Shown piece by piece: positions 28,215 through 38,085 of a stretch of 64,000 nt of DNA. Source of the DNA: an uncultured Acidobacteriota bacterium. GTDB taxonomy: Bacteria > Acidobacteriota > Vicinamibacteria > Vicinamibacterales > JAKQTR01. Within the stretch, counting starts at the first letter, position 1. Every line of letters starts with the position of its first letter. Both the position numbers and the translations under genes were made by a program. Below the pieces are notes generated by a model. The model was given only the letters and a program-made list of their open reading frames with translations. It searched no databases and was not told where the DNA came from. The DNA lies in contig CAWEJS010000001.1 of assembly GCA_963809475.1 (NCBI GenBank), positions 410,125 through 474,124 on the forward strand, in the 5' to 3' direction.

Positions 28215-31163
28215 ATGACAACACGAGCGTTGCTGTGGTTGGCCGGTGTTGCGGCCGCCCAGTTGGCCGTGGGCGCGCAACAACCGCAGACCCCGGTCTA
28301 CCGGTCCGGAGTGGACGTCATCGCGGTGGATGTCCACGTGGTCGACCGCGCCGGTCATCCCGTCGTCGGCCTGCGCCCGGACGAGTTCTCCGTCTCGGTC
28401 GACGGCAAGCCGCGGGCGGTGGAATCAGTCGACTTCGTGTCGTACGTGGGGGATTCCAGCCTCGTGGCATCCGACGCCACCAACCTGCGCCCGCTCTTCT
28501 CCACGAACCTGACGCCGACCCGCACGATTCCCCCCCGGACCGTCATGCTCGTCGTGGATGAAGACAACATCCGCGCCGGCGCGGCGCGGTGGGCCGCGAT
28601 CGCCGCGGAGCGCTTCCTCGACCGCGCGCAACCGACCGACCTTATCGGCTTCGTGACGATTCCAGCCGGGAAGACCGGCATCGACCCGACGACGGACCGC
28701 GCCCCGGTGCGAAGCGCGCTGCAGCGCATAATCGGCCACCTGACACCGGCGGACGTATTGGGCACCCATTCCACCCACGCGCTCGCTGTCTCCGAGGCCT
28801 TCGCCTACCTCCACGACCGCGAAAGACCGGACAGCGCGTGGCGCCAGGTGCTGCGCCGCGAGTGCAGTCCAATTGCCTCGCAGATCCTCCTCAAGTGCCC
28901 CGAGGAGATGGCCGGCTACGCGCAGGAGGTGATCGCCGACGTGCGCCAACGTGCAACGGGCACGATTCGGGCGTTGTCCGGGCTCCTCGATGGCCTCGCG
29001 TCAGTGCCGGGACCGAAGACCTTCATCCTCATTTCACAGGAACTGCCCGTATCGGCGTACCCGTCCGAGCAGCATGCCTTCTTCTCCGAGGCTGCCCCGA
29101 TTACGGCCGCCGCGGCCAGAGCGCAGGCAACCGTCTATGTGCTCCACCTTGACGCTCCACTCGTCGATGTGGCGACACAGACGGCGTCGCCGAACGGTCC
29201 CGCCGACGCGGACATGCGTGCCTATGGTCTCGAGACGGTCACGAGCCTGACGGGCGGCCGGCGATGGATGGTGTCCGGCAGCGCCGAGCCGGCGTTCGAG
29301 CGCATCGCGCTGGAGATCTCCGGCTACTACCTGATTGGCCTGCGCGCCGAGCCCGGCGACCGGGACGGCCGGCCCCATGCGATCAAGGTGGAGGTGAAGC
29401 GCCAGGGTGTCGAAGTCCGGGCACGAAAGGCCTTTTCGTTCTCCAGCCCTGCCGGCGAGAGCGCCGCGAAGAACGCGAGCGACGTCGTGAAAGACCTGCT
29501 GCGAACGGCGGACGCCGCGACGGCCCTTCCGATCTCGGTCGCGACCTACACGCTGCCCGCGGCGCCGGACGCCGCTTCGGCCTCAGCGAATCGGGCTCGT
29601 GCTGGCGTGCTGATCACCGCCGAGATCGACCGGGGCCGGACGGCTCCCGCCGACGTCACGGTCGGCTACGCGCTCATCGACGACGCGGGGCGCAATGCCG
29701 GAGCGTCGGTCGAGGCGTTGACGCTCCGTCCCGCAATCGAGCATCCCGATGGGCCGCTCTGCTACCTCGGTGTTGCGCTGGTTCCGCCGGGAGACTACAC
29801 GCTGCGGCTTGCTGCGGCTGACGCCGGCCTGCGATCCGGAAGCGTCGCCCATCGCGTCGCCGCCAGGCCCCTTGAGGCGGGCGGGTATTCCCTGGGCGAC
29901 CTCATCGTCCTCGACCCTCATCGAGCTGAGGCCGATAAGCCTCGCCCGAGCACGACCGGAGTCGTCGCTACGCCGTTCGAGGCCTACTTCGAAGCACGCG
30001 CGTCGGCGGCCGATCTTCCACCGCTGGTTGCGCGCCTCGAGATCGGCAAGAGCCAGGACGCGCCGCCGTTGGTGTCGAGCGAGATGCACGCGCAGCCGTC
30101 AGGCGAGCGGGTTCTCGTGAACGGCATGTTGTCCCTTGCCGGTGTGCCCGAAGGCGATTACCTGGCGCGCGCGGTCGTGTCGGCGGGCGGCGAGGTCCTC
30201 GCACGCCTGGCGCGGCCGGTACGCATCGTGAAAGAAACGGCGGCAAAGCCGCCGGCACCGCGGCTCTCCTCGGCGGTACCGAGCACCGCTGAGCCGCCGG
30301 CGTCGAACGCCGACGAACTCGTCGAACGGGCACGGGGTTGGCTGCTTCGGTATGCAGAGGAGCTGTCCATCGTCATCGGCGTCGAGCGCTACGCGCAGTA
30401 CATGGGCGGCGAGGGGTTCAGCCGTGCCTATGGCCGGCAGTTCGTCTCCGAGTTCGCGCTGGTGCGGACCAAGGACGACTGGCTCGGGTTTCGTGACGTG
30501 TTCGAGATCGACGGCAAGCCCGTCCCCGACCGGCAGGATCGCCTGAGGAGGCTGTTCCTCGACGCCCCGGACTCAGCCGTGGTGCAGGCCCGGAGGATCT
30601 CGGACGAGAGCGCCCGCTACAACCTGGGTGCCATCCAGCGCAACTTCAACGTACCGACGATGGCCCTGTTCTTCCTGCACCCGACCAACGCCGGCCGATT
30701 CCAGTTCCGCAAGGTTGGGGAAGAGAGGATCGACGGTCACCACGTGTGGAAGGTCCGCTACCAGGAAACCCGCGCGCCGACGATCATCAGGACGTCCGCC
30801 GGTAAGGACATGCCGGTCGCGGGCGAGTTCTGGATCGACGCGAACTCGGGGGCAGTGCTCAAGACGCACATGCAGCTCGAGGTCGAAGCGGCCATGGGGG
30901 GGACCAGGGCCCCGAGTTCCCCCTGGGATATGGACAGCGGGACACCCGTCCGGAGGGTGCGAAGTTCAGCGAGCGTGACCGTCACCTACAAGGAAGATGG
31001 GAAGCTCGGTCTGCTGGTCCCGGACAGGATGCTGGAAACCTACGAGGGGCCGTCGGTGAACCGGTTCACCGGGAACGAGGAGATCTCGAAGGTGAACTGC
31101 TCCGCGACGTACTCCGGATTCCGGCGGTTCGAGACTTCCGGCCGTGTGGTCGTGCCCAAGTGA
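28215..31163 (+). CDS. large secreted VWFA-related protein (acidobacterial TIGR03436-like N-terminus) with long uncharacterised C-terminal half
   Basis: Signal peptide, then YRSGVDVIAVDVHVVDRAGHPVVGLRPDEFSVSVDGKPRAVESVDFV (typical TIGR03436 start), then a VWA-like region (VMLVVDEDN...). 982 aa in total. Confidence 0.7.
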   Translation: MTTRALLWLAGVAAAQLAVGAQQPQTPVYRSGVDVIAVDVHVVDRAGHPVVGLRPDEFSVSVDGKPRAVESVDFVSYVGDSSLVASDATNLRPLFSTNLTPTRTIPPRTVMLVVDEDNIRAGAARWAAIAAERFLDRAQPTDLIGFVTIPAGKTGIDPTTDRAPVRSALQRIIGHLTPADVLGTHSTHALAVSEAFAYLHDRERPDSAWRQVLRRECSPIASQILLKCPEEMAGYAQEVIADVRQRATGTIRALSGLLDGLASVPGPKTFILISQELPVSAYPSEQHAFFSEAAPITAAAARAQATVYVLHLDAPLVDVATQTASPNGPADADMRAYGLETVTSLTGGRRWMVSGSAEPAFERIALEISGYYLIGLRAEPGDRDGRPHAIKVEVKRQGVEVRARKAFSFSSPAGESAAKNASDVVKDLLRTADAATALPISVATYTLPAAPDAASASANRARAGVLITAEIDRGRTAPADVTVGYALIDDAGRNAGASVEALTLRPAIEHPDGPLCYLGVALVPPGDYTLRLAAADAGLRSGSVAHRVAARPLEAGGYSLGDLIVLDPHRAEADKPRPSTTGVVATPFEAYFEARASAADLPPLVARLEIGKSQDAPPLVSSEMHAQPSGERVLVNGMLSLAGVPEGDYLARAVVSAGGEVLARLARPVRIVKETAAKPPAPRLSSAVPSTAEPPASNADELVERARGWLLRYAEELSIVIGVERYAQYMGGEGFSRAYGRQFVSEFALVRTKDDWLGFRDVFEIDGKPVPDRQDRLRRLFLDAPDSAVVQARRISDESARYNLGAIQRNFNVPTMALFFLHPTNAGRFQFRKVGEERIDGHHVWKVRYQETRAPTIIRTSAGKDMPVAGEFWIDANSGAVLKTHMQLEVEAAMGGTRAPSSPWDMDSGTPVRRVRSSASVTVTYKEDGKLGLLVPDRMLETYEGPSVNRFTGNEEISKVNCSATYSGFRRFETSGRVVVPK

Positions 31164-31173
31164 AGACGACAAC

Positions 31174-31205
31174 GGGGTGGCCAGGACCTGCGTCCCGGCC
31201 ACCCC
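31174..31205. terminator. hairpin between convergent genes (GGGGTGGCCAGGAC...GTCCCGGCCACCCC)
   Basis: Imperfect stem of about 13 bp between the VWFA stop and the cytochrome stop. No U tract. Confidence 0.4.
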
Positions 31206-31234
31206 GGCGTGTCTGGTCACTCAGCGCGGCGGCG

Positions 31235-31633
31235 TCACGTGCTCTTGACGGTGTGGCACCCCGTGCAGGTCGTCGGCGCCTTCTTGCCGGCGGCCGCTTC
31301 CTTGATGTGGCAGTCCGGGCACGTGCCCTTCTTCGCCATCGCGTCGTGGAAGGCCGCCTTGGCGGCGGTCTTCATCGGTGCCGCCACGGCCTTCGTGTGG
31401 CAGTCCTGGCAGTTCTCCTGCTTCGCCTTCAGGGCCTTCTCGGGCTTCGAGGCGTGGTGGCAGGTTTCGCACTTGTCACCGACGAGCTTCTGATGCTTGG
31501 CGTGATCGAAGTTCACGCCGCCCATCGGGTTGCCCTTGAGGACGACCTTACCGGGTGCCGTCTGCGCCCACGCCGGGCCGGCAACGAGCGCCACCGCCGC
31601 GATCAGGGCGAATACCATAAGGACTTTCTTCAT
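31235..31633 (-). CDS. tetraheme c-type cytochrome (c3/c7-like), periplasmic
   Basis: ATG at 31633 preceded by GGAGGAGG. Signal peptide (MKKVLMVFALIAAVALVAGPAWA). Four CxxCH motifs (CETCH, CQDCH, CPDCH, CTGCH) in about 105 mature residues. Confidence 0.8.
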   Translation of the reverse strand: MKKVLMVFALIAAVALVAGPAWAQTAPGKVVLKGNPMGGVNFDHAKHQKLVGDKCETCHHASKPEKALKAKQENCQDCHTKAVAAPMKTAAKAAFHDAMAKKGTCPDCHIKEAAAGKKAPTTCTGCHTVKST

Positions 31634-31831
31634 GCTGCCTCCTCCACTGTGCGCCTGCCGGTGGGCACACGGCCTTGGCAGCCCGGCCCATCGCCGCGCC
31701 GCGTAGCAGGCGGCCGCCATCCTATCACCGGGGACGGCCGGTCGCCAACTACCGTGGCGCTCGCGTATGGCCATTGCAGGAACGATGCCAGCAGCACTGG
31801 CAAGAACCCGGCCGAATCGCGCGCCGCATGA

Positions 31832-32368
<537 letters not shown>

Positions 32369-32386
32369 TAAGAGTTTGGCCCAAGG

Positions 32387-32477
32387 GGAGAGGTACCGAA
32401 GTGGTCGTAACGGGGGCGCCTCGAAAGCGTCTTGTCGCGTAAGCGGCACGGGGGTTCGAATCCCCCCCTCTCCGCCA
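32387..32477 (+). tRNA. tRNA-Ser (anticodon CGA)
   Basis: Acceptor GGAGAGG/CCTCTCC, anticodon loop CTCGAAA, long variable arm, T arm GGGGG-TTCGAAT-CCCCC, encoded CCA. Confidence 0.9.
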
Positions 32478-32618
32478 ACCCAACTCTGCAAAGCCCGGTA
32501 GGAAGACGCCCAAGCCGTCGAGGATGTCCGCGCAGCGCCTGCGCGGCTTGAGCCGCGCCACGCTGGAACAGGACACCGCCTTCGCGGTCGACCTGACGTG
32601 GAAAGGACTGATGCAGCG

Positions 32619-34082
32619 ATGAGCAACAAGTGGGCGACGGCCTTCGTGGTGGCGTCGGCGCTCGCTCTGTCGGCCGGACCAGCCCTGGGGCAGGGGCCCG
32701 GGGGCGAGCCGCAGTTCCCGCGGGAGGGCGGACAGCCGCTCCCGGGGGCGTCGGCCGGACCGGCCGCCGGGCAGAGCCTCTTCATGGGTGGGGTGCCAAC
32801 CGGCCCCGTGACCGCGGGAGTCCTCCGGTTGTCGCTCGCCGACGCGCTGGCGCGTGGTCTGGAGCACAACCTGGGCGTCATCATCAGCGGGCAGGCCGCC
32901 CGGGCGGCCGAAGGGACCCGCTGGCAGGCTCTCAGCGGCGTGCTGCCGACGGCGTCTCTGCACGTCGGACAATCACGCGCGGAGATCAACCTCGAGGAGT
33001 ACGGCTTTCCGGTCTCGCCCGGGGCGTCGCCCATCATCGGCCCGTTCAACGTGTCGGCGATGCACGTGACGGCATCCGCCCCGGTGTTCGACTACGCGGC
33101 GATCGAGCGGGCGCGGGCCGGCGGGCAGGCCGCCTCGGCGGCGGAGCACTCGTCGAGGGACGCGCGCGACCTGGTCGTGTTCATGGTCGCCAATCTGTAC
33201 CTGCAGACCGCCACCGGGGCGAGCCGGATCGACGCGTCCAAGGCGCAGCTCGCGACGGCGCAGGCGTTGTACAACCGGGCGGTGGACCAGAAGCAGGCCG
33301 GGGTCGTGGCGGGGATCGAGGTGCTGCGGGCGCAGGTGCAGTTGCAGGCGCAGCAGCAACGGGTCATCTTCTACGAGAATGAGTTCGCCAAGCAGAAGCT
33401 CGCGCTGCAGCGCGCCGTCGGCATTCCGCTCGGGCAGCAGGTGGATCTCACCGACCGGGTGGCCTACGCGCCGCTCGCGGGGCTCACCGTCGACGAGTGC
33501 GTCGCGCAGGCGTACGCGTCGCGCGAGGATCTCCAGAGCGCGGCGTCTCTCATCCGCGCGGCCGAGTCGGGCAGGCAGGCGGCGGTTGGCGAGGGGCTGC
33601 CGTCGGCCATGGTGAGCGCCGACTACGGAAGGAGCTCGAGCCGCTGGGACACGCTGCACGGCACGTACTCCGTGGCGGCGGCCGTTCGCGTGCCCCTCTT
33701 CCAAGGCGGCCGCGTGAGGGGCCGGGTCCTGCAGGCCGACGCTCAGATCGCGCAGCAGCGGGCGCAGGCCGACGACCTGAAGGCGCGCATCGAACTCGAA
33801 GTGCGATCGGCGCTGCTCGACGTGGGGGCCGCCGACCAGCGCGTGCAGGTGGCCCGCAGCGCCGCGGATCTCGCCGGCCAGCAGCTGACGCAGGCGCAGG
33901 ACAGGTTCTCCGCCGGGGTGAGCAGCAACATCGAGGTGGTCCAGGCGCAGGAATCGGTGGCGACAGCGACTGACAACTACCTGGCGGCGCTCTATGCGCA
34001 CAACTTCGCGAAGATCTCGCTGGCCCGGGCCGTCGGCCAGTCCGCCGAGCGCGTCCAGCCGTATCTGGGAGGCACGAGGTAA
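32619..34082 (+). CDS. TolC-family outer-membrane efflux protein
   Basis: Signal peptide and two OEP repeats (LSLADALARGLEHNL..., ...YLAALYAHNFAKISLARAVG). Confidence 0.85.
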   Translation: MSNKWATAFVVASALALSAGPALGQGPGGEPQFPREGGQPLPGASAGPAAGQSLFMGGVPTGPVTAGVLRLSLADALARGLEHNLGVIISGQAARAAEGTRWQALSGVLPTASLHVGQSRAEINLEEYGFPVSPGASPIIGPFNVSAMHVTASAPVFDYAAIERARAGGQAASAAEHSSRDARDLVVFMVANLYLQTATGASRIDASKAQLATAQALYNRAVDQKQAGVVAGIEVLRAQVQLQAQQQRVIFYENEFAKQKLALQRAVGIPLGQQVDLTDRVAYAPLAGLTVDECVAQAYASREDLQSAASLIRAAESGRQAAVGEGLPSAMVSADYGRSSSRWDTLHGTYSVAAAVRVPLFQGGRVRGRVLQADAQIAQQRAQADDLKARIELEVRSALLDVGAADQRVQVARSAADLAGQQLTQAQDRFSAGVSSNIEVVQAQESVATATDNYLAALYAHNFAKISLARAVGQSAERVQPYLGGTR

Positions 34083-35392
34083 TGGCGAGCACACTCGACG
34101 CAGATCGTCAGACTCCCGCCGTCGAACCCCCGGGCGCGGCGCCCTCGACGTCGCGTGCCGGATCCGGTGGGCGACGTCGTCTCATGGCCGACCGCCCCAA
34201 CGCCAGACGCGCCCTCATCGCGGCCGGCGTCGTGGCCGTCGTCGGGATCCTGGGGGCGTGGTGGCATTTCGCCGGGCAGGAATCGACCGACGACGCGCAG
34301 GTGGACGGGCACATCGTACCGATCGCGGCGCGCGTCGGCGGCACGGTGCAAGCGGTGAAGGTGGAGGACAACCAGGTCGTCGACGCCGGCGCCGTCCTCG
34401 TCGAAATCGACCCGAAGGACTACCGCATCGCGCTGGCGCGGGCCGAGGCCGACTACGCGGACGCGCAGGCGGCGCTCGCCGCCGCACAGGCCGGGGTGCC
34501 GATCACCACGACGACCACGGCCAGCCAGATGAGCGCCGCGACGGCCAACGTCGGCCGCGCCAACGCGGGGCTGACGGCGAGCGATCGGGACATCGACGCC
34601 GCGCGGGCGCGGCTCGCGGCCGCCGGGGCGCGCCTCAAGGAGGCGACGGCGAACGCCACCCGCACCTCCCGCGACCTCGAGCGCATGAAGCAGTTGATCG
34701 CCAAGGACGAGATTTCCCAGCAGCAATACGACGCCGCTGAGGCCGCGTCCGACGCGGCCAGGGCGACGGTCGAATCGGCACAGGCCGCGGTGACCGAGGC
34801 GACACAGGGCATCGCGGTCGCCGAGAGCCGGCGCGTCCAGGCCGCCGGCGCGCTGGAACAGACGCAAGCCGATCTCCGTTCCGCGCGCACGGCCCCCGAG
34901 CAGGTGGCCGTGACGAAGGCGCGGGCGCAGTCCGCAGCGGCCCGCGTGCAGCAGGCGAAGGCCGCTCTCGACATGGCTCGGCTCAACCTCGAGTACACGA
35001 CGGTCAAAGCGCCGTCGGCCGGCCGTGTGAGCAAGAAGAGCGTCGAGCCGGGGCAGGTGACGCAGCCGGGCCAGCCGCTGCTCGCGATCGTGCCGGTCGA
35101 GGACGTCTGGATCACGGCGAATTTCAAGGAAACCCAACTGCACCGCGTGCGCCAGGGACAGCCGGTCTCGGTGTCCGTCGATGCCTTCGGCCGCTCGTTC
35201 ACTGGCCGCGTCGAGAGCGTCGCCGCGGCGACCGGCGCGCGGTTCAGCCTGTTGCCGCCCGAGAACGCCAGCGGCAACTATGTGAAGGTCGTCCAGCGGA
35301 TCCCGGTCAAGATCGTGCTCGACCGCGGGCAGGACCCGGAGCACCTGCTGCGTCTCGGCATGTCGGTCGTGCCGACGGTCTACACGAGGTAG
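34082..35392 (+). CDS. HlyD/EmrA-family membrane fusion protein
   Basis: TAATG overlap with the tolC-like gene. N-terminal TM segment, TDDAQVDGHIVPIAARVGG, long coiled coil, beta-barrel (GMSVVPTV). Confidence 0.85.
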   Translation: MASTLDADRQTPAVEPPGAAPSTSRAGSGGRRRLMADRPNARRALIAAGVVAVVGILGAWWHFAGQESTDDAQVDGHIVPIAARVGGTVQAVKVEDNQVVDAGAVLVEIDPKDYRIALARAEADYADAQAALAAAQAGVPITTTTTASQMSAATANVGRANAGLTASDRDIDAARARLAAAGARLKEATANATRTSRDLERMKQLIAKDEISQQQYDAAEAASDAARATVESAQAAVTEATQGIAVAESRRVQAAGALEQTQADLRSARTAPEQVAVTKARAQSAAARVQQAKAALDMARLNLEYTTVKAPSAGRVSKKSVEPGQVTQPGQPLLAIVPVEDVWITANFKETQLHRVRQGQPVSVSVDAFGRSFTGRVESVAAATGARFSLLPPENASGNYVKVVQRIPVKIVLDRGQDPEHLLRLGMSVVPTVYTR

Positions 35393-35459
35393 TCCCATCG
35401 AACAGACGCTTGCGGCTCGCTCGGGCGGCCAGCCTCACCCCTGGCGCATCGCGATCTCG

Positions 35460-36974
35460 GTGGTGTTCGGCACGTTCATGGTCGTGCTCGACACGACGGT
35501 GGTGAACGTCTCGCTGCCGCACATCGCGGGCAGCCTGTCGGCCAGCATCGAGGAATCGACGTGGGCGCTCACCATGTACCTGGCCGCCAACGCGATCATC
35601 CTCCCGATCACGGGATGGCTGGCGAACCAGTTCGGCCGGCGCCGCCTGCTGCTGCTCTCGGTGGCCGGCTTCACGGTCGCCTCGCTCATGTGCGGGCTGT
35701 CGTTCTCCCTGCCGTTCCTGGTGGTCTGGCGCGTCATCCAGGGCGCGACGGGCGGTGTGATGCAGCCGCTGTCGCAGGCGATCATGCTCGAAGCCTTCGA
35801 GCCGCGCGAGCGCGGGAAGGCGATGGCGCTGTTCGGGATCGTGGTCGTCGTGGCGCCAATCATGGGGCCGGTCGTCGGCGGGTGGCTGACCGACAGCTAC
35901 TCGTGGCGGTGGGTGTTCTACATCAACCTCCCGATCGGCGTCCTCGCCTTCATGATGCTGCGCCGGAACATCTTCGATCCGCCATATATCCGGCGGGGGA
36001 CGGCGGGCATCGACTACTGGGGGATCGGGCTGCTGGCCGTCGGCATCGCCGCGCTGCAGATCGGCCTCGACCAGGGTCAGCAGAAGGACTGGTTCGAGTC
36101 GTCGCTGATCACGACGCTGCTCGCGCTAGCCGCGATCGCGCTCGTCGCGTTCCTCGTGCACGCCCTGCGCTCGAAGGCGCCGGTCGTGAATCTCAGGCTG
36201 TTCCGCGACCGGACCTACGCCGCCGGCGTCGCGCTGATTACCGCGCAGAGCGTCGGGCTCTACGGCAGCCTCGTCCTGATGCCGGTGCTGCTCCAGACCC
36301 TCATGGGCTACCCCGCACTCGAGGCCGGCTACGCGATGGCGCCCCGCGGGCTCGGTTCGCTCGTCGTCACCCCGATCGCGGGCCTGCTGGTGAACCGGGT
36401 GGATCCCAGGCGCCTGCTCGCCGTGGGATTCGTCGCGAGCGCGTTCTCGCTGTACTGGATGTCGTGGCTGAATCTCCAGGCCGGCTTCTGGGACGTGTTC
36501 TGGCCCCAGTTCCTCCAGGGCGCGGGCATGGGGCTGTTGTTCGTCCCGCTGACGACGGTCGCCATGGATCGGATCAGCCTGAAGGACATGGGGCAGGCCA
36601 CCAGCATCTTCAATCTGCTCCGGAACATCGGAGGAGCGGTGGGCATCGCGATGGTGCAGACCGTGCTGGCGCGGGATCGCCAGGAGCACTTCAACGTGCT
36701 CGGCGCGCACGTCCAGCCGTACGGCTTCGCGACACAGACGATGTTCGCGAACCTGAAGGCGACATTCATCGCGCGCGGATCGGACGTGACCACCGCGACC
36801 AGCCAGGCCTACGCTGCCCTCTTCGGCATAGTTCAGAAACAGGCGGCCATGGTCGCGTTCCTCGACACGTTCAGGCTCCTGGCGGTCGTGTTCCTGCTGA
36901 TGCTGCCGCTCCTGTTCCTCATGAAGAAGCCGCGGCACCAAGACGAGCCGACGATCGTGGTCGCTGAGTCGTGA
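35460..36974 (+). CDS. MFS DHA2-family (EmrB/QacA) efflux transporter
   Basis: FMVVLDTTVVNVSLPHIAG and LANQFGRRRLLL motifs, 14-TM-like length. In-frame similarity (HPWRIAIS) extends upstream of the GTG at 35460 without a canonical start, so the 5' end is uncertain. Confidence 0.8.
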   Translation: MVFGTFMVVLDTTVVNVSLPHIAGSLSASIEESTWALTMYLAANAIILPITGWLANQFGRRRLLLLSVAGFTVASLMCGLSFSLPFLVVWRVIQGATGGVMQPLSQAIMLEAFEPRERGKAMALFGIVVVVAPIMGPVVGGWLTDSYSWRWVFYINLPIGVLAFMMLRRNIFDPPYIRRGTAGIDYWGIGLLAVGIAALQIGLDQGQQKDWFESSLITTLLALAAIALVAFLVHALRSKAPVVNLRLFRDRTYAAGVALITAQSVGLYGSLVLMPVLLQTLMGYPALEAGYAMAPRGLGSLVVTPIAGLLVNRVDPRRLLAVGFVASAFSLYWMSWLNLQAGFWDVFWPQFLQGAGMGLLFVPLTTVAMDRISLKDMGQATSIFNLLRNIGGAVGIAMVQTVLARDRQEHFNVLGAHVQPYGFATQTMFANLKATFIARGSDVTTATSQAYAALFGIVQKQAAMVAFLDTFRLLAVVFLLMLPLLFLMKKPRHQDEPTIVVAES

Positions 36975-36990
36975 CGGGCTGAGGTGGCCC

Positions 36991-38085
36991 TCACCTGAAC
37001 AGCGCGGCTTCGACGGCCAGGCCAGGGCCGAACGCGAGCGCCAGGCACGGTCTCGGGGCGCCGCGCCGCCGGAGGCGTTCGAGGATGAACAGGATCGTTG
37101 GCGACGACATGTTGCCGAACTCCCCGAGCACCTCCTGCGACACCGCATAGTCCTCGCGGGTGATGCCCGTGGTCTGCGCAACGGACTCGAGGATACGCGG
37201 CCCCCCGGGGTGCACGGCCCAGGATGCGATGCGGTCCACGGACAGGCCGTTGTGCGCGAGCCAGCTGTCGAGCCACGGCCGCAGTTCGCGTTCGATCACG
37301 CCCGGCACTCGGGCCGACAACGACATCTCGAACCCGTGATTGCCGATCCGCCACGTCATCAGCTCGGCAGAATCCGTGAGCAGGGACGACCCGCTCCGGG
37401 CGAGCTCCCAGGCATCGCCTGACGCGGGCTTTCGTCCGCCCCCGACCAGTGCGGCCGCGCCGTCCGCGAAGATCGCGTTCGACACGATCCAGTCGCCGTG
37501 CCAGCCGTACTGGTAGTGGAGGCTGCAGAGTTCGACCGCGCAGACGAGCACACACGCGTCCGGATCGCTGCCGGCGTAGGCGCCCGCCACCCGCAGCCCG
37601 TTCAGCGCGCCGTGGCACCCCATGAATCCCACGTGCGTGCGGGCCACGGTCACCGGCAGCCCGAGATCCCCCACGAGCCGCATGTCGAAATTCGGCGCGG
37701 CAAATCCGGTACAGGACACCGTGACCAGGTGGGTCACGGTGAGCGGCGACACGCCGGCGTCCTCCAGCGCGGCTCTAGCCGCTCGCACGCCGAGGCCCGG
37801 CGCGTGGGTCTCGTACTGCGCCATGCGCTCGGCCGTGGATGGTCCGCAATCACCGGCGTCGCGCACGGGCGGGAAGAACGAATGACGGACGGTGCCGGGC
37901 TCGTCGCCCTCGTCGAGCACGACGCTGTGGCGCTTCTTCACCCGCGTCAGGCGGTAGATGGCCTTCAGCTGACGCTGCTGCTCGTCGGACGAGCCGCCAT
38001 ACTGCCGCGCGACCTCGACGGCCTGCTCCTGCGAGATCGCGTGCGGCGGCGAGGCGACGCCGATGCCGTACACATAGAGGGCCAT
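36991..38085 (-). CDS. type III polyketide synthase (chalcone synthase superfamily)
   Basis: The start is set at ATG 38085 (MALYVYGIG). Catalytic Cys (VSCTGFAAP), His (WAVHPGGPRIL) and Asn (FGNMSSPTILF). Confidence 0.9.
   Translation of the reverse strand: MALYVYGIGVASPPHAISQEQAVEVARQYGGSSDEQQRQLKAIYRLTRVKKRHSVVLDEGDEPGTVRHSFFPPVRDAGDCGPSTAERMAQYETHAPGLGVRAARAALEDAGVSPLTVTHLVTVSCTGFAAPNFDMRLVGDLGLPVTVARTHVGFMGCHGALNGLRVAGAYAGSDPDACVLVCAVELCSLHYQYGWHGDWIVSNAIFADGAAALVGGGRKPASGDAWELARSGSSLLTDSAELMTWRIGNHGFEMSLSARVPGVIERELRPWLDSWLAHNGLSVDRIASWAVHPGGPRILESVAQTTGITREDYAVSQEVLGEFGNMSSPTILFILERLRRRGAPRPCLALAFGPGLAVEAALFR

Noticed and set aside
32387-32477. A long-variable-arm tRNA considered as a possible tRNA-Sec, given the candidate selenoprotein in the window.
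   Set aside because: The anticodon loop reads CTCGAAA (anticodon CGA, serine), and the acceptor and T arms have normal tRNA-Ser geometry. It is not UCA.
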